Source of the DNA: Octopus bimaculoides
Taxonomy: Eukaryota
Direction: 5' to 3'
Length of the DNA: 63,897 nucleotides
Assembly (NCBI RefSeq): GCF_001194135.2
Contig: NC_068988.1
Span: forward strand, 55,321,231-55,385,127
The position numbers and the translations under genes were made by a program. Positions 27,901 through 38,085 of this stretch are shown piece by piece. The notes beneath the pieces were generated by a model. The model was not told the DNA's origin and did no database searches. It was given only the letters and a program-made list of their open reading frames with translations. Within the stretch, counting starts at the first letter, position 1. Every line of letters starts with the position of its first letter.

Positions 27901-30399
27901 GACCCATCCATCCACCCAACCCAGTAAGCATGGAAAAGTTGACATAAAATAATTGCATAAAACCTTCCAGTGTAGTTTTATGTCATGCCAGGAAAAGGTT
28001 GATCTGTTTTTATTTTAATGATTAATTCTACTCAATCGGTTATGTGTTTTGATCATACTCTGTGTTGTGTTGTGTAGTCAATGTGTATCTTATAAATATA
28101 CTGTTACGTTATAATACTATATTTTAAAAATGCCTAAAACTAGCCAATAATAGTTATGTTTTTAATGTAACTATACTGCTGTTTTAACTATTTCCCTTCA
28201 AACTTTTCCAGTTTGCATATTTTGTATTATAACTATGTGCTATGCAAGAGATGGGTGGAGGTGCAATGGCCCAGGGGTTAGGGCAGCGGACTCGCAGTCA
28301 TAGGATCGCGGTTTCAATTCCCAGACAGGGCGTTGTGAGTGTTTATTGAGCGAAAAACACCTAAAGCTCCACGAGGCTCCGACAGGGGTTGGTGGTAAAC
28401 CCTGCTGTACTCTTTCACCACAACTTTCTCTCACTCTTACTTCCTGTTTCTGTTGTGCCTGTAATTCAAAGGGTCAGCCTTGTCACACTCTGTCACGCCG
28501 AATATCCCCGAGAACTACGTTAAAGGTACACGTGTCTGTGGAGTGCTCAGCCACTTGCACGTTAATTTCATGAGCAGGCTGTTCTGTTGATCGGATCAAC
28601 TGGAACCCTCGACGTCGTAAGTGACGGGGTGCCAACATGCAAGAGATGGGAAGAGGTGTTGCTTGTGCTGACATTTTGAGTATGTAGTACTCTTTTTCAA
28701 GTTAGACATTCTCTTTCCCTGAACTCAAATGTGTTGGGGCTTAGTGAGTTTTTTTTTACAAATGTCAAATGACTTCTTGTTGGCTATGGCTGTTGCTGGT
28801 ATATCGTAAGTCAGCCTATGTTAAATCAGAAGGTACTGAAAGTTAAATTGGAACACATGCAAATTTGTACTTATGTACATGTGTTGGTAGAGGATAGGTA
28901 TATTTATTCCCTAGTCAACTTTTTTTCAGTTTATTTGAATATTTATGTAAATTAAATACGTTGTGAAGACTGTCTATGAGTGTGTACGTACAGGTAGGGA
29001 GTATGTCTAAGAAACAGTTGTTTTTGCCATTCCCTGTGATTTATTATTTAATTATTTCTCAATAACTTATTTAATCTCACCTTTGTACTGTATAAACTGC
29101 TAAACACCTAAAACATTGCATGCTCTGATTAATTTTGCAAGAAAACTCAAGAGGGTTACCTTAAAATCTCATCACGAGCTGAACTAATGTACTCTTCTAG
29201 CAGCAGCATGAGCGCTCTTGGACTTTGGCTACCCACATTGTGGATTTTTGCTTTTGACTACCCATTTTCGTTCACCACATGATGGTTGGATCTATTTGGT
29301 TTTGCTTGGACTGCCCACGTTTTATAACTGATGAACAGACACTAGGCCAATCCATCATGCCAAAGATGCGGGTAGTCTAAGCAAAACCAAATGGACCCAA
29401 CCATCATGTAGTGAACCAAAATGGGTAGTCAAAAGCAAAAAGCCACAATGTGGGCAGCCAGAATCCAAGAGCACTCATGCTGCTGCTTCACTCTTGTGGA
29501 AAAACATGATAATAAGCATGCTCACTTAAGCAGTGCTCCAATATTTTGATATACACTTACAACCTTTTAAAAATCCCTTCCTGAACTAACTGTAATTATA
29601 TAGCTGTGTCATTATTTACATTTATGTAATGCAGTGTGCTGGCTGAATCGTTAGTATGCTGGACAAAATGATTAGTAGCGTTTCTTCTGGCTGTTTATGC
29701 TCTGAATTCATATGCCAACTTTACCTTTGAAATAAGTAGCCATTGAGTACTAAGTGTCAATGTAATCGACTCCCCCCCACCTCATTCCCCTCAAAATTGC
29801 TGGCGTTGTGTCAAAAGTAGAATTGCTTACATTTATGAGGGTGGTGAGGGGTTGAATCAGTGCAGCTCTCGGCTAAAATGTTTTGCAGTATCCTGTTAGG
29901 CCCTTTTTAAATTCCAGATCCATATTAAATTAGTGTTGATAAATTAAGTACCAGTAAATTGACTCTATTGCTTTTACTATAAATTTCAGGACTAATTGAT
30001 CATCTCCTCAGGTAGCCCCACCATATAAGAAATAAATCGTTACTTTAGATTCAGAATGTTGTTTCAAAGCCTCTTTCCGACTGACAGCTCTTGTGGTTAT
30101 GTAAGCTCTTACATTTCATCTGTTGCTAAAGATGTGAGCTTGGGGTTGGGGGAAAAATATACATGAAATGAATTGCTGTTGCTGCTGGTGCTGATGATGA
30201 CGATGATGGTGACGATGGTAGAGAGGAAGCTGATGATTAAGGTGGGGTTTTATCCAATCCATTCCTTATTTTAAGATTACGTTGATGTTTTATTGTCTTA
30301 CCTTAAAGTAAAAGGAATCTGTTAACACATACACACGTGTACATCCACTCATACACACACAAAATAGTTTTAAGAATCAATCAACACACACACCCACGT

Positions 30400-30431
<32 letters not shown>

Positions 30432-31276
30432 GCATACATTTGCATTCTTCTGTAGTAACAGAAATGGGATGATTTTGTAAATGTGAATTTTAATATATTA
30501 GCATATCATTAACATTAATATATTAACACATTAACATATCATTGGAGCAGTTTTTGCATTTATTATTTTTTACACTAACCATGGACTCTGCCACATTATA
30601 AAGTAAGCATGAACCAGTGAGAGGGCAACCACAGTTGCTCTATCTGCTAGAAATAGCAACCAAAGGTCTCTTAAGTCAAACCTAACCATCTTAAATAAAA
30701 GGAGACGTTGAGAAGTGTAGACCTTGATGTATGAAATGATGCACTTTTGATCATTGGTCTACTCAATTAAGGCTGGCCTTGGGCTAAACAACAACAATAT
30801 CATAAAAATAATGTTAGCTTAATGTATGTTGTAATTTACCATGTTAGAGAGAGTAGTTAGCAAGATTTGAAATCCTGACTTTGTAATCTATATTTCAGCC
30901 CCCTTAACTCTTTAACATACAAACTGGCCCCCTAAATGGGCATTGTAAAAGTTTGTGCTGTTAGCTAATATCATCCATACCTAGTGCTATTGACACATTT
31001 CTTTTAGTAGCAAGCAATCACCTAACCAAATCAATGTGGTGGGCATGGATTTCTTAGTTTCTTGATGTTTTAGTATTAACACATCAGCAGTAAATATGTA
31101 GAAGAAGAATTTCATGTTTAAAACATTTATGTGGGAAATTTGACTGTGGATTGTTGCTGCCCCCATCTACAGTTGTTTCTGGAGTAAGTGAGGGAGAAAG
31201 ATAGAGTTTACTGAGAGATAGAAGAGTGGAGGGGAAGATCCCCTTTAATGAGAGAGAACTGCTTCAGAGTTTATAA

Positions 31277-31321
<45 letters not shown>

Positions 31322-34300
31322 TGGTGAACTGTCAGAATCGTTAGCATGCCAGGTGAAATACTTAGCAGTATTTTTCCCATTGCTACATTCTGAGTTCTAC
31401 TTCTACCAAGGTCAACTTTGCCTTTCAGGGTCTATAAAATAAATACCAGTTTTGTACTGAGGTCAATGTNNNNNNNNNNNGTAGAAAGGATTATTATTAT
31501 TATTATTATTGTTATGAGAAAGGTGGTGAGCTGGCAGAATCGTTACCACACTGGATGAAATGCTTAGTCGTATTCTGAGTTCAAATTCGACCGAGATCGA
31601 CTCTGCCTTTTATCCTTTCGGGGTTGATAAATTAAGTACCAGTTGTGTACTGGGGTCAGTGCAATCAACTATCTCCCTCCCTCAAAATTGCTGCCCTTGT
31701 GGCAAAATTTGAAACCATCATTATTATTATGAGCAGGTGGAAAATGGCAGAATCGTAAGCATGCAAGCAAAATGCTTTGCAACATTTTGTCCGTCTTTAT
31801 GTTCTGAGTTCAAATTCTACTGAGGTCAACTTTGCCTTTCATCTTTTCGGGGTCAACAAAACAAATACCAGTGGAAACACTGGGGTCGATGTAATCAACT
31901 AATCCCCACCTCCCCCAAATTTCCGGCCTTGTGCCTATAGTAGAAAGGATTATTATTATTATTATTATGAGACATATTTAGTTCTGTTTATACTGGGATT
32001 ATAAACCCCTGATGTTTTCAGTAAATTAGCTGACCAGTAAAGCAGTTGTTACCTGCAGGATTTATGGTTTCTTTCATCAGGCTGTGTGGCTCGACTTGCT
32101 AAGTGTTGTGCTGGGGCTCAGCTAGTAATTATTCTGTAATGTATAGTGACAAGTATGAGTTGTAACAACCTTATATACAAATGATAAAGTTACTGGTAAT
32201 ATTATTTCAGCATGAAGGTGGCAAGCTGGTAGAATCATTAGCACACTGGTTGAAATGCTTAGTGGCATTTCATCTGTATGCATATTCTGAGTTCAAATTC
32301 TGCCAAGGTCAACTTTGCCTTCCATCCTCTTGGGGTTGATAAAATTAAGTACCAGTTGAGCATTGGGGTCAATGTAATCAACCAATCCCCTCCCCTGAAA
32401 TTGCAGGCATTGTGATAAAATTTGAAATCAATATTATTCAGCATGATTACCAACTTACACCTTCAGTAGTCTCTCCAGTCTCTTTAGTATAGCAAGTGAT
32501 GGTAGGACTAAATATCAACCTGAGATGGTGGTCAGTTAGTCCTAAAATTGAAAGTTGCATTGTTAGTCTTATTCGAAAAACTTTGGTTTCCTGAATACAA
32601 GAAGACTGCTTTGTGACTTACAAGGTATGTTTTAAGCATTGAACTTTTTTTTACATATCAATTTTTACTATTATTGTGGCCGGGTTCTAGCTGAGGCCAC
32701 AACAACAAAGTCCACCCGCCACATTTCTTGGTCCAACATCACTGCCTCAAGGTCCTGGATACATTCCAGGCCAGAGTCTGCAATCAAGTTGTTGATGCAA
32801 GTGTGATGATGTTTTCCCCTTCTTACATCACCGGGAAGTGGGTTCTACATGATTAATTTGGATGCTTCTAATTCAGGGTAGTGTACGCAATGGCTGGATA
32901 GTTGCAGCCATCTTTGCCTAATCTTCTTGCTAACTTTTGGCAGGTCGCCATCATTTGTTGTATGTTGCTGTCATTTCACATTCAGAGCCATTTGTAGCAT
33001 CCATTTAGCCTGTTTGATATTTTCTTTGTCAGTGTCCATGTTTCACTGCTATATAATAGCACAGATTCACATATAAAACCATTTAATAAACATGTTGCTT
33101 GGTATTTCAAAATAATCCACCAATTTACCTATCATTTATGAATACTTAATCTTTAATCACAAGGCATTTAACAGGTGCTTTGTGTGTGTGTTAGTTTTCT
33201 CTATTGTTTGTGTCGTTCTGTATAGCATTATTGATCAGTATTAATAAACCATCTCTTAAGTGCTTCTCCAGGATTCATTGTAACCCTTTCCATTTAGTAT
33301 GTTTTACTTAAGACATTGTTGAATGTATAGGTTTTTTGTGGTGGTGGGGAGGAGGATGGCTGTTATGGCTTGCATGATGTGTCGGTACCTTGTTGTGCCT
33401 TGGTCCTGCATAAAACTATGTAGTTGACGACTCTCTATCAAAAAAAGATCAGATCATTTCTGCAGTTTATTTATTAATATTTTATTTCTCACTTTACTTA
33501 GGATTGTTTACTTCTAATGTCTGACGATTCTTTTCTTTTTCAATCTAACTTGATGTTGTAGGAAATAACGGAGTAAGGTGCACCATTTTTACAAATGCAC
33601 CATTAATAGCAGCAAGACACTCATACAAGTTTCACCAATGTAAGTTGCGTTGTGATGACGTTGGAAGCTGTTTAATACTGAATTTGTAAATTATAATTCT
33701 TTACCTTAGTGTCACAGTGTTGGTGTTAAAAGTTATTTCTTTTTTTGGTGAAATGAAAGAAAAAAAAAATTCTGTTCATTCCTGTTACACAATGTATGTG
33801 TGTGTGTGTTTTTCTTTCTTTCTTTCTTTCTTTTATATCTGTCTTGATAATGTTTCTGTGCTTTGTTCTGTGATTTTTCACAATTCTATCACTAGTTCTG
33901 AATTCATTTTACGCTTTGTTACAGTTTGTGGCACCACCTTAATGTTTTTTTTTTCTGTTTTATTTTGTTGTCTTTTGTTATTTTATACATTTCCATTTTG
34001 ATTTCAATCCCACCAGTGCATTCTGTATGAATATGTTACCACCAGTGACTGTTGTCTACAATTTGATGTTTATTTTCTCTTCTACAATCTTAGTTTTTTT
34101 TTTTTTTTGTTTAAAAAAAAAACACTTCAAATTGGTGAGATTTGAAAATAATAAATAAAGACCAACATTGTTTAGTTTTATTGTTGTTATTGTTCTTGAC
34201 ACTGTTTCTCATTGGTTAATTTCTATCAGCATGGAACGACTGATAATTTTTGAATATTATTTTGTTTCTTTTATTTTTGTACATCAGTGTACTGCAGCTT

Positions 34301-34550
34301 TTTGTTTTTCGTATAAAAATAAACATGATTAAGTTGTCATATATAAATTTTTATCCAAGCTTTATTGATATCAGGTTCTTCTATTTAACTGTTCATATCA
34401 TTGCTAAATCTACAGTAATGACATGTATGTCAAGATGACTATTAACTAGCTTAAATGTGTAACCATACTCCTTGGGCATAAACTATTTATTTAAGGGAAG
34501 TTAATAATAATGGGATGATGACAATAATAACAACAATAATGATAATAGTT

Positions 34551-34583
<33 letters not shown>

Positions 34584-34740
34584 GTAATAAATCATGGTAA
34601 TGATTATAACAATAATTGTAATAATTGTAATAATGGCAATGATAGTTTCTTATATAAGCATGATATGTAATGATAATATAATATTGATATTTTGCATAAG
34701 AATGATTAATAATTATTGTAATGAAGCCTTCCAATATATA

Positions 34741-34780
<40 letters not shown>

Positions 34781-37700
34781 ATGTTATATTTGAAATTTGT
34801 TTTCTCTGTAGTTTAGGTTGTTCATTTGTGTTGATTGAATGTAAAATAAAAAATTGTTTTCAGTTAATTCCTGCTTTTTGAGTTCGAACCATTTCTGTAA
34901 AGTATAATGTAATTTTTATCAACATCCTGTCCAACCTTGCCATATCTATTAGGACTCAGCATAGAAGGCAGACGTTAAATGATGATGATGATACTAATTT
35001 GGTGCAGTTAGATGCTTTATGAATGAAACATTTCTAAGTAACTGTAGCTCTGTCTTCTCCTTAACCCTTTAGCAGTCAGTTTACTCCACCAAGTGTAATG
35101 GTTATTTATTCCCATTGTTTTGAATTAATCATGCATTGTCTTGTAGCTTCAAGATTTCAATAATGCTATTGTTTGTTTTTACAAAGGCATTGTAGAGTAG
35201 GTGTAAGAGGCTTGATATAGCCGATTTAAATGCTAAAAGGTTAGTATCACTATCTAGGACATTGGCAGTAGTGACAACAGCTCAGGAATCATTCAGTTTG
35301 TCGTGTTTCCAATGTAGGCATTGCTGTTGAATGTGAAAGAAACTTTGGTCATATTTATTAAGAAACTACATTCAACAATCTATTGGATGGAATTGAACCG
35401 CAGCTTTTGACTGTTGCCAAGTATGGAGGCTGTTTAATGTTTATTTTACAGAATATTAAGGTGACAGGGTTAAAAAATGGTAATTGTGGTTCTTTATAGT
35501 GCATTGTTTTGTTTTAGATAATGACTACACACACATACACATACACACACGTGCGTGTGTATATACGACATGAAACTTGAGTATGACTAGTTTGCACTGT
35601 TATATGAAACCTTGATTTAAACATAATAAGAAAGGTCTTCCTCTTAAAACTACTGACCTCTTCATATGTTGCAGAAAATAATTTTCAGGATATATCCTGT
35701 CATCTTGTTATTGTCTGTCTGTGTGTCTGCTGAACAAGATGATGACTTCTCATTCTGACATCTGTACTTTGATATATAATTTGTATATAAATGGCAAAGC
35801 TTTTAGATCTTGGTCGTACTTAGAGTTATGAGGAAAGCTGATACTTACAGAGACTCGAAATGACATTTTTGTCATTCTGTGGTGGTTAATTTTGTAGTAT
35901 TTAAACTGGTTCAATCCAACCACCACAAAGACAAGGTCATTGTATACTCAGTCTTGTTGACATGTCTTTGGTTGCAGAGATTCCTCCTCCACCACCACCA
36001 CTTATATGAAATAATATTCGTATTTAAATGATCTTTATCAGTTTTGGTGTGGTTGTGTGGTTGAGAAGCTTGCTTCCCAACCATGTGGTGTAGGGTTCAG
36101 TTCCACTGTGCAGCTTCTTGGGCACAAGTGTCTTTTACTATAGCATCGATCAAATCTTTGTTAGTAGATTTAATTGCTTGAAACTGAAAGAAGCCTGGAG
36201 GTGTGTGTGTATGTGTGTGTTTGTCCTCCCTACCCTTCACTACTTAGTAATTGGTTTATTTATGTCCCTGTAACTTAGTAGTTCAGCAAAAGAGTTAATA
36301 AAATAGGTATCAGGCTTAAAAATAAGTACTGGAGTTGACTTGTTTGACTAAACTCTTCAAGGTTATGTCCCAGCATGGCCACAGTCCAAAGATAAAAGAT
36401 AAAAATACATATGTATTTATTTATATGTGTGTGTGTGTGTGTGTATTTTTGTATGTGCCCTTGTCTAGACTTCATGCAATAGTTGTAATAGTTGTAGATG
36501 AGCATCACCATCATACAAGCAAGGTTGTTTGTTTCCCATCTTCTGTAGAAAACATTTCTGGATATGGGGAAAATATCACCTTGCTTGGAAACAGGTGGAG
36601 GTGGCCAACATGAAGAGCATCCAGCTGTTGAAATCTTGTCTTTGCAAATTCTTTTTGACTCGTACAATCACAGAAAAGTGGATGTTAAATGACGATAAAG
36701 TTGATGACATCCGTAGATTTTACACCATTAGTATTATAAATAAATTAGTCGTTTACTGATTTCAAATGCTAGAATGCTAAACCTTAGTCAAAACATGCTG
36801 ATACTTCAGTGTTCCCAGTGGTCAGTGTGGACCAAATTTTTTTCCCTTGTGACAAAAATTTGAGTGCATTGACCGTGTAATGAATATATAGTTATTAATT
36901 ACAAATTAATTTTGACAATTAACTTTTTGTGCATGTATTAGTTTAATGAGTGCACATTCATTATTTTGTGTATGATGGCTACAAAATACTGCATGCATAA
37001 GTGCTCAACTTAGAGGGAACATTACATGTTCTATATGAATATATATACATAATACACCATTACTATGATAAATGCTATAGTCTTTAGCAAAGATGAAATG
37101 GTAGATTTGAATGTGAAAAGAAGGTGGCTTTACATGGAGGGAAATTCATGGTTTTCAGTTTCAGATGAAATTTGATGTATAATTCTGAAGATATGTGAGA
37201 GATGTGGTTCTTGTTTCTGATTATGTAAAGTACTTTTTTCCTCCTACATAGGATATAAGACAAGGGGTTTATTCAGTAAAAGTGTGAATTTGTACAGTTA
37301 ATTAGGGATGAGAAGAGGAATATGTTTAAATGTTAGAAATTAGTAAAATGATAAAATCATAGAATTGAAGATACTTTGAGGTTTTAAACATGTCTAAGAA
37401 TGTTATTCCTGAATAGTATTATATTTATATAGATAAATTTGAAGCATTTCTGTTTTATGTTCTGTTAAATAGCTGAGGCTTCAGATGACATCCTGCGACA
37501 CAGTACTTGCTTCTGGAAAAGACTATATCACATAAAAGAGTAGCGGAGAGAGTACCTACATAGCTTTATTATTGAGCTCTCTGGCAATTAGCAACATATT
37601 TGATTACCTAAGTAAAATTTATTCTAACCACAAGACTAATTGTTCCTCCGTAGTTTTTATTTTATTTTAATGACTCCAGCATTACTAAAAGACAAAATCA

Positions 37701-38085
37701 ATTTCAGCTGGATTTCATCTTTGTCAAATGAGGCTTTGGATGGACTATCAATTCTTACATATGTGTAAAGCCTAAGACTCATGGCATAGCATGTAGGAAA
37801 TGGTAAGTTCTCAATGGCATTAGGAATGTTCTTGAAGTTGTTCCAACTGGGATTTGAAACCAGGCCTACATAAGATATAATATGACTCTCTATCTACTGA
37901 CCATTCCATCTCAAACTCTACAGTCTATTCTATTCTAAAGTTATGTTGTTTTCTCTTTTTTCTTTTGCAGTTCTTCCAGCGTGGTGCCTTCTCGTAGCTT
38001 GAGACAATATTCATCATATGGGCCACTACATCGTCATTCTTCAGTTGGAAAATCAGCGACACTCCCACCAAATACTCGTCCCTGA
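2115..38085 (+). CDS. ROCK: Rho-associated protein kinase, 3' part (10 exons, 424 aa; the kinase domain lies upstream of the window)
   Basis: join(2115-2208,5005-5093,7631-7988,9700-9859,14259-14337,20283-20342,22425-22554,24459-24524,27211-27334,37971-38085) is 1275 nt. All introns are GT-AG and all phases are compatible. It encodes ROCK hallmarks: [19 protein letters not shown] (RBD), [44 protein letters not shown], and the KGH..C..C..C..C..H..H..C C1 insert. Confidence 0.97.
2233..2316 (+). mobile_element. mariner transposase C-terminal fragment
   Basis: Translates [27 protein letters not shown], resembling the mariner HLF..K..L.G C-terminus. Confidence 0.6.
2419..2897. mobile_element. 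hAT-type MITE inserted in a ~28-bp minisatellite
   Basis: Ends CAGTGTCTCTTAACC / GGTTGAGAACCTCTG; CTGCAGTCTAAATCC-type units on both sides. Confidence 0.55.
2971..3905 (+). mobile_element. 5'-truncated RTE LINE (end of ORF plus 3' UTR with a ~65-bp tandem array and GAT tail)
   Basis: [18 protein letters not shown]...[17 protein letters not shown]...DRDLWRY is the RTE C-terminus; six ~65-bp units at 3370-3750. Confidence 0.85.
5005..5093 (+). CDS. ROCK: ROCK exon, start of the Rho-binding domain (DLKNEKSE...DERLKKIQ)
   Basis: AG at 5003-5004 and CAG|GTAGGT donor; continues into AVNKLAE. Confidence 0.93.
6304..6630 (-). mobile_element. tRNA-derived SINE (family also at 14583-14900 and 26265-26580, all minus strand)
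   Basis: tRNA-like head, core GTGTCCTTGAGCAAGACACTTTATTTCATG, and shared 3' tail; three similar copies. Confidence 0.85.
7631..7988 (+). CDS. ROCK: ROCK exon, RBD and coiled coil ([12 protein letters not shown]...AEDGLT)
   Basis: Strong ROCK motifs AVNKLAE.MNRK, KE.RRLQQEL..EREK and [15 protein letters not shown]; splice sites present. Confidence 0.98.
8111..8700 (+). mobile_element. RTE LINE fragment, APE endonuclease C-terminus and linker
   Basis: [19 protein letters not shown]...IDFILTR...[20 protein letters not shown] motifs; internal stops. Confidence 0.9.
8701..9150 (-). mobile_element. Penelope-like element reverse transcriptase fragment
   Basis: [26 protein letters not shown] and [15 protein letters not shown] are PLE RT motifs; internal deletion. 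Confidence 0.88.
9700..9859 (+). CDS. ROCK: ROCK exon, N-terminal half of the PH domain
   Basis: MEGRLAIP...[17 protein letters not shown]...DPVMVLDI; tttcAG acceptor and GA|GTAAGT donor. Confidence 0.97.
10334..11543 (-). mobile_element. Full-length decayed Tc1 transposon (~1.2 kb)
   Basis: TIR CATGACAGAAGTAAATA at both ends; [15 protein letters not shown] catalytic motif; N-terminus [12 protein letters not shown]. Confidence 0.93.
12410..12807 (+). mobile_element. RTE 3'-UTR-derived repeat
   Basis: Same 3' end as 2971-3905 with fewer tandem units; reverse complement of 41270-41645. Confidence 0.8.
14259..14337 (+). CDS. ROCK: ROCK exon, PH domain ([26 protein letters not shown])
   Basis: Near identical to the vertebrate ROCK motif as recalled; long polypyrimidine tract. 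Confidence 0.98.
14905..15058. repeat. 21-bp minisatellite (CACCTCATGCTATACCACAAA), about 7 copies
   Basis: Units read directly; degenerate units continue at 14400-14580, interrupted by a SINE. Confidence 0.9.
18408..19315 (+). mobile_element. tRNA-derived CORE-like SINE with an internal (TA)n microsatellite spanning an assembly gap
   Basis: Head GGAGTGGTTGTGTGGTAAG...GGTTCAGTCC and CCTTGGGCAAGTGTC core; 3' half after the gap; relatives at 6062, 36050, 40085, 40835, 57520. Confidence 0.8.
20283..20342 (+). CDS. ROCK: ROCK exon ([20 protein letters not shown])
   Basis: ILYA.EGE motif; phase 0/0; CAG|GTCAGT donor. Confidence 0.93.
21000..21225. mobile_element. piggyBac-like MITE (copies also at 6876-7089 and 35061-35243)
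   Basis: TIR-like CCCTTTAGCATT / AATGCTAAAGGG with TTAA flanks; three homologous copies. Confidence 0.7.
21719..21965. mobile_element. hAT (Charlie-like) MITE
   Basis: CAGTGGTCCGCAAC / GTTGAGAAACACTG ends; degenerate 8-bp TSD CTCTAAAA / CTTTTAAA. Confidence 0.65.
22425..22554 (+). CDS. ROCK: ROCK exon, C1 zinc finger, first part
   Basis: [37 protein letters not shown]; C|GTAAGT donor. Confidence 0.97.
22700..23340 (-). mobile_element. Cluster of 3-4 fragments of the abundant GAGCTGGCAGAA..GTTCAAATTC SINE family
   Basis: Repeated GGATGAAAGGCAAAGTC...GAATTTGAACTCAGAA blocks. Confidence 0.85.
24459..24524 (+). CDS. ROCK: ROCK exon, C1 zinc finger, second part
   Basis: [22 protein letters not shown]; phase 1/1. 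Confidence 0.96.
25236..25570 (+). mobile_element. tRNA-derived SINE with the AGCAAGACACTT core and a different 3' tail
   Basis: A-box TGACTCAGTGGTTAGAGC and B-box GAGTTCAATTCC; core shared with the 6304 family. Confidence 0.75.
27211..27334 (+). CDS. ROCK: ROCK exon, C-terminal half of the PH domain
   Basis: [34 protein letters not shown]; AG|GTATGG donor, phase 2. Confidence 0.96.
28256..28636 (+). mobile_element. Young tRNA-Arg-like SINE with a 14-bp TSD
   Basis: TSD ATGCAAGAGATGGG at 28242-28255 and 28637-28650; anticodon-like loop ACTCGCA; CpGs largely retained. Confidence 0.92.
29199..29487. repeat. Long inverted repeat (about 118-bp arms, 53-bp spacer), MITE-like
   Basis: 29199-29316 is roughly 90% identical to the reverse complement of 29370-29487. 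Confidence 0.92.
31320..31975 (+). mobile_element. Three tandem SINE copies separated by (ATT)n tails
   Basis: Repeated heads and TTCTGAGTTCAAATTC blocks; a fourth copy at 32212-32440. Confidence 0.85.
32680..33110 (-). mobile_element. Decayed RTE-X-like LINE, 3' end
   Basis: The minus strand resembles the R..R....GH...L..W.P...GR..T..D.L..DSGL C-terminal region; many stops. Confidence 0.5.
37971..38085 (+). CDS. ROCK: ROCK terminal coding exon ([38 protein letters not shown])
   Basis: Strong acceptor ttctctttttctttttgcAG-type tract. Phase-compatible with the previous exon. Ser/Arg-rich tail like ROCK C-termini, ending in TGA. Confidence 0.8.

Noticed and set aside
35955-35995. TTGCAG acceptor giving [12 protein letters not shown] as another ROCK end
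   Set aside because: Weak pyrimidine tract, low-complexity sequence and no clear poly(A) signal
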